In this document: one piece after another, positions 11,389-18,094 of the stretch
How the letters are laid out: the number at the start of each line of letters is the position of its first letter
Numbering within the stretch: position 1 is the stretch's first letter
The notes under the pieces: generated by a model
The model's input: the letters and a program-made list of their open reading frames with translations, nothing else
What the model was told of the DNA's origin: nothing
Database searches by the model: none
Assembly (NCBI GenBank): GCA_963710365.1
Contig: CAVQAC010000019.1
Span: 552,969 to 616,968, forward strand
Length of the DNA stretch: 64,000 nt
Direction: 5' to 3'
DNA from: an uncultured Planctomycetales bacterium
Lineage (GTDB): Bacteria; Planctomycetota; Planctomycetia; Pirellulales; PNKZ01
Made by a program: the position numbers and the translations under genes

Positions 11389-11389
11389 G
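10295..11389 (+). CDS. IS630-family transposase
   Basis: AGGAG 8 nt before the ATG at 10295 (MAMGRPKAEL..). It has an N-terminal HTH region, then LCVDEKSQVQAL, HLVMDNYATHKT and SSSWLNQVERFF (DDE triad context). The stop codon lies in the right terminal repeat. No frame break in 1.1 kb. Confidence 0.9.
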   Translation: MAMGRPKAELVLSDEERQALERWARRPKSSQQLALRSRIVLSCGDGRTNQQVAKELRISMPTVGKWRARFVARRLDGLLDEPRPGTPRTISDEQVEKVITKTLETKPQHATHWSTRGMAKATGLSQTAISRIWRAFNLQPHRTETFKLSTDPQFIEKVRDVVGLYMNPPDRAIVLCVDEKSQVQALDRSQPLLPMSSGQVERHTHDYVRYGTTSLFAALEVATGKVIGNCQQQHRHQEFIKFLELIDEQIPEVPGIEIHLVMDNYATHKTPKVKRWFARRPRYHVHFIPTSSSWLNQVERFFAEITEKRIRRGAFRSVQALRKAIEGYLDHHNRKARPFVWTADADLILARVKKVCKRINNSGH

Positions 11390-11497
11390 ACGCTGAAGAC
11401 ATACGAGACGTGCGGTTCGTTTATCCGGACTTCATTCGCTGAGTCGCAAACGCTGACGGATCCTAGTGACCCGAGAACACCGAGACGGGTGATGGAT

Positions 11498-12461
11498 ATG
11501 GCGAGCCATGGAAACTGCCCGCGGTTCCCTTCCCTAGCGGAATGTGCATTACGCTACAACGTTTCCGAATCGGAGCGAGAATCCGACGAATTAATTCACC
11601 AGAGCGAGCCCGATCTGCCGCCGATTAGCGACGTCGAGATTTCGCTGATTTATCGGCTGCCACAACCGGTCATCGACAAACATAACCGTGCGCACGGTTT
11701 CACGGATCAAGGGGCCGATTATTACTACCTGGTTGGCGACCGTTGGGAAGATGACCGGACGTTTAACGTCACGGCATACGGCAATGCCGAATACACCGCC
11801 GAGCTTGTGCTTGATCTCCAACTCCTGCTGCGCCGAAAACTGTCGCTTTGGCGAATCGCACTCTTGGCCAATGTGCTCGATGACCGTATTTACGTCTATC
11901 CGGAGTGCGTGCGGAACAACGACGCGACGTTAGACGAGCCCCTTGCGGTGACCCTGCGGCGAGTGAACGCCCATGAACGGGCATGGCGACAACTAGTTAA
12001 TCGCTATTCAGTCGCCGAACAACCTGGATATAGTCAGCGGACCTCAGTGCCCCCGCGGCTTTGTGAAACAAAAGTCGCATACAATGCTAATGAGGCCGAG
12101 TGTGCTCCTGCGTGGCCTCGATTCAACACCGTTTCCGACCCGCCGGAACTTACCACCGTGGAATATCTCGATCTCGACGGTGAGCTAGTCCGCTCGCTTG
12201 AGCAATACGGGCCGGTCGTTTGCAAGAATCACTTATCGGATACATCCAAGCAAAGGCTCAATGCGCATCTGGCTGGTCCGAACGACAGTTATGCAGTGGG
12301 ATCGGACGCGAATCCTGATCAGGTATGGCGAGGAACGATCCACCCCGGAGTTGATTCGCGAGATCCAAGGCGCCCTGCAATGCTGGCCGCTGTGGCGCGT
12401 GGCCTTGGACGCCGAGGATGAACGCGACGTGAGGTTCGTTTATCCGGAATTCATTCGGTAG
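11498..12461 (+). pseudogene. paralogue B of the tandem two-domain family, one frame break about 12265
   Basis: MASHGNCPRFPSLAECALRYNVSESERE... is colinear with paralogue C up to ..SDTSKQRLNA. The rest (LWLVRTTVMQWDRTRILIRYGEERSTPELIREIQGALQCWPLWRVALDAEDERDVRFVYPEFIR) lies in the frame of ORF 12198-12461. Confidence 0.8.
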
Positions 12462-12513
12462 AATGGCCCGTGGGAAGTAGCCGAGACTTTACTTCACCGA
12501 AACCGAGCCCTGC

Positions 12514-13473
12514 ATGCCAACTCACGACCATTGCCCGCGATATCCATCATTGGCCCAGTGCGGCCTACGTTACAATCTCTCTGATTCAGAACGGGAAAAC
12601 GACGAGGAACTGCATCAGACCGAGCCCAACGTCCCGCCGATCGGTGATAAAGAGTACGGCCGGATCACGAGGGCCATTACCCCGGTGATCGAAAAACACA
12701 ATCAGCAGTATGGTTATACGGACGAAGGAACGGACTACTACTACCTGATGGGCGACCAGTTTCGCGGCGACAGAACGATCGAGGTCACAGTCTACGGGAA
12801 GGCCGCCTACACGCGTGAGTTTGTCAGCGCTCTACAGTTGCTTCTGCGCCGCACTCTCCGACTCTGGCGAATACTGCTGGTAGCGAATGTTCGTGACGAC
12901 CTGATCCTTGTTTATCCGGATACGGTGCGAAATAACGATGCCGTTCCCGGGGAGTCATTGGCGGATACGCTGGTGAGAGTGAACGCCCATTCACAGGCGT
13001 GGCAGCGACTTTTTCACCGCTACCTGGCAAGCGCTGCACCGGGGTACCGACAGCCCATGGAGCCACCGCGATTGTGCGAAATGAAGGTTGCCTACAATGC
13101 CGCATCGGAAGAAGTCGATTCCAACTTGCCAAGGTTCAACACGATTGCAAATCCACCGGAACTTACGACGGACGAGTATCTCGACATGGAGAAAGACCTG
13201 GTTCCTGTACTCGAACGGTATGGGCCAGTTGTTACAAAGAGCGACGTCTCAGACCTGACGAAAGAGAAACTAAACTCGCTATGGTTAATTCGCACAACCG
13301 CTATGCAATGGGACCGCACGCGCATCCTAGTTCGTTATGGCACCCAACAATTCACCCCGGAGCTGATTAGCGGGATTCAAGGCGTCCTGCAACGCTGGCC
13401 GCTATGGCGCGTGGCTTTGGACGCCGAGGATGAGCATGAAGCGCGGTTCATCTATCCAAACATGATTCACTAG
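12514..13473 (+). CDS. paralogue C (intact, 319 aa) of the tandem two-domain family; function unknown
   Basis: Full-length ORF with ATG start. It contains an internal duplication: GDRTIEVTVYGKAAYTREFVSALQLLLRRTLRLWRILL..LILVYPDTV versus WDRTRILVRYGTQQFTPELISGIQGVLQRWPLWRVAL..ARFIYPNMI. The N-terminal motif H-x2-CPR[YF]PSLA-x-C is conserved across the paralogues. Confidence 0.8.
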   Translation: MPTHDHCPRYPSLAQCGLRYNLSDSERENDEELHQTEPNVPPIGDKEYGRITRAITPVIEKHNQQYGYTDEGTDYYYLMGDQFRGDRTIEVTVYGKAAYTREFVSALQLLLRRTLRLWRILLVANVRDDLILVYPDTVRNNDAVPGESLADTLVRVNAHSQAWQRLFHRYLASAAPGYRQPMEPPRLCEMKVAYNAASEEVDSNLPRFNTIANPPELTTDEYLDMEKDLVPVLERYGPVVTKSDVSDLTKEKLNSLWLIRTTAMQWDRTRILVRYGTQQFTPELISGIQGVLQRWPLWRVALDAEDEHEARFIYPNMIH

Positions 13474-13624
13474 CCGAGCGCTTGTATTGCGGCATGAATT
13501 TGCGACTACGCGCCTTCTTTCTCGCGCTTTGTACAATATTTTGATTGCAATCAGGCCAGCGACTCGCGTAAGCTTCATGTGAAACGAGGTATCAGCCGAG
13601 CCCAAAGTCTCAGGTATCCCAAGA

Positions 13625-13670
13625 GCCCGTTGTCGGAGCCAGTCAGCGCCTCCGCCAGCGGGCTTTTTTT
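13625..13670 (+). terminator. intrinsic terminator after the paralogue array
   Basis: GCCCG..CGGAG-loop-CTCCG..CGGGC stem followed by T7 (13664-13670), about 150 nt after the stop of paralogue C. Confidence 0.6.
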
Positions 13671-13729
13671 ATTTGGTCATTACAGATTGGCATCGCGTAG
13701 CGCCAACCGCGAGTCACCAGAGAATTACC

Positions 13730-14383
13730 ATGGCAGAAGGCCATCATTGGGTGCCGACATCTGTTCGTAAGAAGCTTGAAACCTTCCTGTCAACTGATGC
13801 GCAGAAAACCTTCAAACGATCCGTCACGGGAGATCCTTACGGAGTCACTCACGATGCGACATCCCAAAATGGCGTCTCGCACAATGAATATAACCAGCGA
13901 GTTATGAGCAAGTTAAGCGAGAAGATTGATCGGCTGCGAAATGAGGGCGCTCTGGTTAAGGGAAAGTTAACGGGGCCCCAGGCCGAGGCGTTCGTCGCTG
14001 GAATCAAGAAGAATGGTCTCGGCGATAAACGAATTCAGCTCTTCAACCAGGGAGTCCTCAAGACACTCAAGTTAATTGCCCTCGGTGGCATTATGATGAA
14101 GGGCCTGGAACAAGCAGCGAGAGCTCAGAATCTAGGCAATGCGGTCATAAGCAATAACCACTATAAAAATGCGGTAGTCGCGTTGCAGAGGGGCGATTGG
14201 CGACGGGCAAATGCGGAAATCCAAGGTGGATATCCAAGCGGTAAGAACCTGGTCGATGACCTGATAAATGCAGGCTATTACAGGGACGGATTGACCCTGC
14301 TTGGTCTTTGGCAGCGGCGGGAGAAGGACTTCATCAAGATCGAAAACGGCCAGAGCGTGGCAGGCGTGCCCGACGATTTCTGA
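13730..14383 (+). CDS. stand-alone HNH/EndoVII-fold nuclease-like protein of the GHH/AHH type (putative), with a C-terminal helical domain
   Basis: MAEGHHWVPTSV.. gives an HH-x2-P signature as in ColE9-type and AHH/GHH toxin domains. It is followed by ..YGVTHDATSQNGVSHNEYNQRVMSKL (H...N-G-x-x-H-x-x-Y). This is the lowest GC in the window (two hand-counted 60-nt samples gave 43% and 47%). It has its own upstream AT-rich region after a terminator. Confidence 0.4.
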   Translation: MAEGHHWVPTSVRKKLETFLSTDAQKTFKRSVTGDPYGVTHDATSQNGVSHNEYNQRVMSKLSEKIDRLRNEGALVKGKLTGPQAEAFVAGIKKNGLGDKRIQLFNQGVLKTLKLIALGGIMMKGLEQAARAQNLGNAVISNNHYKNAVVALQRGDWRRANAEIQGGYPSGKNLVDDLINAGYYRDGLTLLGLWQRREKDFIKIENGQSVAGVPDDF

Positions 14384-14546
14384 TCCCAGGCGCGAACCAA
14401 GCCCCGGAGCCGGGCGACGAAAATGCGAACTGGGGAGAGGCGACCACGCACGCGGGCCGCGATTCAAGAGGTATTGTCAGACCGATGCGATCCCGGCGCG
14501 CGCTCGCGCCGGAATCGATGGTCTTCGTTGGCCTCGGCGCCGGCTG

Positions 14547-14575
14547 CCGTTGGGCCTTCAAGAGTGGCCCAACGG
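14547..14575. terminator. 10-bp perfect hairpin between convergent genes (GHH-like gene and fliA)
   Basis: CCGTTGGGCC-ttcaagagt-GGCCCAACGG. There is no U-tract on either strand, so the terminator role is tentative. Confidence 0.35.
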
Positions 14576-14592
14576 TCCGCTGAATTCGGACA

Positions 14593-15427
14593 TCAACCGC
14601 CGAATTCGGGGCGACGCCGTTCGAGCTGCAATTGCAGCCGCTGCACGATCGAGCTGTGCATCTGGCTGACGCGGCTCTCGGAGAGATCGAGCGTGGCGCC
14701 GATCTCCTTCATCGTCAACTCTTCATAGTAGTAGAGGATGATGATCAGCCGCTCGTTGCGATTCAATCCCTTGGTCACCAGCCGCATCAGATCTGTTTTC
14801 TGGATGCGGCGGGTGGGATCCTCGCCCTTCTTGTCTTCCAGGATGTCGATCTCGCGGACATCCTTGTAGCTGTCCGTCTCGTACCACTTCTTGTTCAGGC
14901 TGATGAGCCCCACGGCGTTGGCCTCGAGCATCATCTTTTCCAGCTCGGGCACGCTGATCTGCAACTGCGTGGAGAGCTCGGCTTCCGTCGGGAGCCCGGC
15001 CCAGCCTGGCTTCCAATGTCTTGAGAGCTTCGTTGAGCTTGCTGGCCTTGGAGCGCACCAGGCGCGGCACCCAGTCCATGGTGCGCAGCTCGTCGAGCAT
15101 GGCCCCGCGGATACGCGGCACGCAATAGGTCTCGAACTTTACGCCGCGACCCAGATCGAAAGCGTCGATCGCATCCATCAGGCCGAACACGCCGGCCGAA
15201 ACCAGGTCGTCCAGTTCGACGCCCTCGGGGAGCCGTGACCAGATGCGCTCGCCGTTGTATTTGACAAGCGGCAGATACATCTCCACCAGCTTGTTGCGCA
15301 GTTCCTGGTTGGTGATATCGACCTTGAAGGCTTCCCAGATCTGCGTCACTTCTTCCGAGGCGACGGTGGTTGCCATGCACTCCTCCATGCTTGCACGCGG
15401 CGACTTCTTTTCTTGATCGAGATCCAT
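14593..15427 (-). pseudogene. fliA: flagellar RNA polymerase sigma factor (sigma-28 / FliA), one frame break at about 14990
   Basis: N-terminal frame (ORF 14723-15427): region 2 LVEMYLPLVKYNGERIW, DLVSAGVFGLMDAIDAFD, FETYCVPRIRGAMLDELR. C-terminal frame (ORF 14593-14964): regions 3-4 ..LNRNERLIIILYYYEELTMKEIGATLDLSESRVSQMHS. The join LGRAP / TEAELSTQLQISVPELE sits at a GGG run (14990-14992). Confidence 0.9.
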
Positions 15428-15491
15428 CTCGATCTAGTGCCGTACGGCAGCCGTTTTCCGGCTGCAAGTCTATCCTGGACGGTTTGCGAAG

Positions 15492-15755
15492 CTAAGCGGG
15501 CTTTGATTTGCCCGCCGGCTGCGAAGCTTTCGCTTGGCGAGCCGCCGACAATTCCGCACTCACGCGGCTAGCAATCGCATCATCCACGACCCACGCGGCA
15601 ATCGCTCCTAGTATGTATCCAATGACCGCAAACACCAGCAGGCTCAGCCAGGCATGGAACAACGTCGATTGTGTTCCAGCACCGTGGATGATTCCCTGGG
15701 CCACGGTCGCCACGAAGGCCACCAAACCCAGGAAGCCGGCGTAATTGCGAGCCAC
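15492..15755 (-). CDS. small membrane protein (2 predicted TM helices) between flhG and fliA
   Basis: 87-aa ORF with a GTG start preceded by GGGAG. It has two hydrophobic stretches (FLGLVAFVATVAQGII and LSLLVFAVIGYILGAIAAWVV) and sits within the flagellar operon. Confidence 0.45.
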   Translation of the reverse strand: MARNYAGFLGLVAFVATVAQGIIHGAGTQSTLFHAWLSLLVFAVIGYILGAIAAWVVDDAIASRVSAELSAARQAKASQPAGKSKPA

Positions 15756-15836
15756 CTTCTACTCCCAGCGACTGCCGTTCGACTCGACGTAACCGGTACA
15801 AATTAACGGCTTGGTCCGTACCGACAGTAGCCCCAA

Positions 15837-15844
15837 TTATCGGC
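15837..15844 (-). promoter_or_regulatory. candidate sigma-28 -10 element (GCCGATAA) upstream of the small membrane protein/fliA pair
   Basis: Exact GCCGATAA on the minus strand, about 80 nt upstream of the GTG at 15755 and downstream of the flhG stop. The -35 is poor (TCAA at 17-nt spacing instead of TAAA at 15). Confidence 0.3.
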
Positions 15845-15907
15845 TTGGCGGGTCGTGAGAGTTGAATTGTTTTCTCCGATTCGAACATTTTCATGATTGA
15901 TTTGGTT

Positions 15908-16783
15908 TCAGGCGCTCGCCGCGCGGGCGCCGCTACGGCCTGACGGCTTGCGAATGCGACCCTCGTCGCTGGTAGCTGCCGTCAATGATTGTGCGAGTTG
16001 CTCGATGGCCCTGGTGGCGTCGCAGTTCGGGTACGCCAGCACGAACGGCACGCCCTCGGCTGCCGCCTGCGTGACGCACGGATCGCTGGGCAGCTGGCCG
16101 GCCCCGCTGATCTTCAATCCCAAGAAGCGGCGGCAGGCCCGCGACAAGCGTTGCTGGACGTCTGCCGTGGTGGCATGGTCGGCGGCCTCGTTCACCAGCG
16201 ATTTGAGCAAGGGGCGGGGCCCGGCGGCACACAGCACCTTCACCGCGGCATAAGCGTCCATCAGCGACACCACGTCGGGCGTCGTCACCAGCAGCACGCA
16301 ATCGGCCGCTTGCCAAAAATGGCCGATCACTCGATTGGCTCCGCTGCCCACGTCGAGAATGATGTAGTCGGCGTGCGCCCCCAGGCATTTGAGTTGATGA
16401 ATCAATCGCTGTTGGGCCGCGGGCGAGCAATCAACCAGTTCGCCGCGTCCCCAGGCTCCCGGCAGAACCTGGATTCCGGCCGGGCCGCGTTCCAAGGCCT
16501 CGTGAACCGAAAGGGTGCCTGAGAGGATTTCCGCCACGGTGTGGACCGGTTCCTCCAGGTGACACAATCGACCGGCATCGGCCTGCTCCAAGTCGGCGTC
16601 CACTAGCACCGTGCGGCGTCCGTCTCGGGCCAGGGCAATGGCCAGATTCACGGCGATCGTCGTCGTGCCGACGCCCCCTTTGCCGCTGGTGACCACGATC
16701 AACTTGGGAGGTTGTTCCGCGGCCGGAGGGTGCAATGCTGCTCGCAACACCAATTGTCTCAATTCGTTCGCTTGATCGGGCAT
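15908..16783 (-). CDS. flhG: MinD/ParA-type ATPase FlhG (FleN/YlxH)
   Basis: Deviant Walker A VVTSGKGGVGTTTIAVNLA, with DADL and ILDVGSG motifs. It lies directly downstream of flhF, as in other flagellar clusters. Confidence 0.85.
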   Translation of the reverse strand: MPDQANELRQLVLRAALHPPAAEQPPKLIVVTSGKGGVGTTTIAVNLAIALARDGRRTVLVDADLEQADAGRLCHLEEPVHTVAEILSGTLSVHEALERGPAGIQVLPGAWGRGELVDCSPAAQQRLIHQLKCLGAHADYIILDVGSGANRVIGHFWQAADCVLLVTTPDVVSLMDAYAAVKVLCAAGPRPLLKSLVNEAADHATTADVQQRLSRACRRFLGLKISGAGQLPSDPCVTQAAAEGVPFVLAYPNCDATRAIEQLAQSLTAATSDEGRIRKPSGRSGARAASA

Positions 16784-16790
16784 GGCAGGT

Positions 16791-16902
16791 TAGTGATGAG
16801 TGATGAGTGATAAGTGATGAATGGAAAAGACGATGTGCTCAACGATGAATGACAAGTTCAAATGCGGGGCATTTAGCACTTATCCTTGAGCATTTATCAT
16901 TG
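16791..16902. repeat. inverted heptanucleotide arrays (AGTGATR)n filling the flhF-flhG intercistronic gap
   Basis: Left arm 16791-16824 tAGTGATGAGTGATGAGTGATAAGTGATGAATGG. Right arm 16870-16902 CATTTAGCACTTATCCTTGAGCATTTATCATTG, an imperfect complement with 7-nt periodicity that overlaps the flhF stop at 16897-16899. The left arm ends 7 nt before the flhG start. Confidence 0.7.
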
Positions 16903-18047
16903 CCCTTCCAGTCCCAGCACGAGCCTGGCCAGTCGGCGGGCATCGGCCGGTGCGATATCGTCGGGAACATTCTGCCCATCGGTCACATAACTCAAAGGAA
17001 GCTTGCTGGATCGCAACAACGGAAGCAAGGAACCCAGACCCATGGCTTCGTCCAGCTTGGTAAGGATTAAAGCCGTCGTGCCGACCTCGGCAAAACGCTC
17101 GGCGGTGCGCTGGAGCGTCGAGCCGCCGGCTACGCTGCTGAGCACCAGATGCACTTCATCGGCGCCGGCTTCCGTAAGGAAGGATCGCAATTCCTGAATC
17201 TTGACTTCATCCTTGGGGCTGCGGCCGGCCGTGTCTAACAGCACCAGGTCGAGATTCGACATCGACCGCACGGCTTCGCGCATTTCGCGGGGCGTTGAGA
17301 CCACCTGCATGGGCAGATCGATGATATCGGCGTAGGTCCGCAACTGCTCGACGGCCGCGATTCGATAGGTATCGACGGTGATCAGCCCGACCTTGCGCTT
17401 CTCGCGTAAGCGGTAGTTGGCCGCGAGCTTGGCAATGGTGGTCGTTTTGCCCACGCCGGTCGGACCGACGAGCGCCACGAGATGCGCGCGGCCGGCGGTC
17501 AACGCCAGCGGCCCGGCAACATGAATCTGGTCTTCGATCGTCCGAGCGATGTGGGCCTTGAGTAGCATCGGATCATCGCCTGCCGTGGCCGAATGACGCA
17601 TGCTGTCGACAAGTTCACGAGCCAGATCTTCGCCGACCTCGGCATCGATGAGATCCGTATAGAGCCGGAACAGCGACTCGGGCAGGTCCGGCTGATGCGA
17701 TTGGCGTGTCCGACGGCAGAGGGCTTCAACCATGGTTTGCAGTTCGCTGAGTTGGCCCTGCACTTGTTCGCGAAACGGATCGCGAGTTTCTCGCGGCGGT
17801 TGTGCTGGCGCGACGGGCGGACGAGGACTGGGCGGCGGCTGTTCGGGCTCGCGCGGCGGCAGCCGGCTGGGCACGTTCACCTGCGACGAGGCCAGAACCT
17901 CGATCTGTCGAAGCCCGGGGATCCAGCGCAACAGTCGGCTGCCGCAGATTTCCCGAGTGTGCAATACCGCCGCGCTCGGCCCCAGGTCGTGGCGTACCAT
18001 GAGAGCGCCTCTTGCATGGTCCGGGCGCGATAAGTCTTGACTTCCAT
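16897..18047 (-). pseudogene. flhF: flagellar biosynthesis SRP-type GTPase FlhF, one frame break about 18000
   Basis: LVGPTGVGKTTTIAKLA (G1), DTAGRS (G3), LTKLDE (G4). The true N-terminus MEVKTYRARTMQEALS (ATG at 18047) lies in another frame and joins ..VRHDLGPSAAVLHTREI. Confidence 0.85.
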
Positions 18048-18094
18048 GGCAGGTTGATCGATCGGTTTTTAAGGTGAGAAAACAGGTTCTTCCG

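Larger units (their letters stand above)
9542..11442 (+). pseudogene. paralogue A of a tandem two-domain protein family, inactivated by an internal deletion (about 85 codons, out of frame) and by an IS630 insertion
   Basis: ATG at 9542 gives MTTHENCPR then a stop (compare MPTHDHCPRYPSL in paralogue C). Homology resumes out of frame at 9559 (ITEVIAYGSAEYT.. matches TIEVTVYGKAAYT..). The ORF ends ..LQNWPLWRVAL at the IS junction. The missing tail DAEDIRDVRFVYPDFIR plus stop is found at 11389-11442, directly after the IS. Confidence 0.8.
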
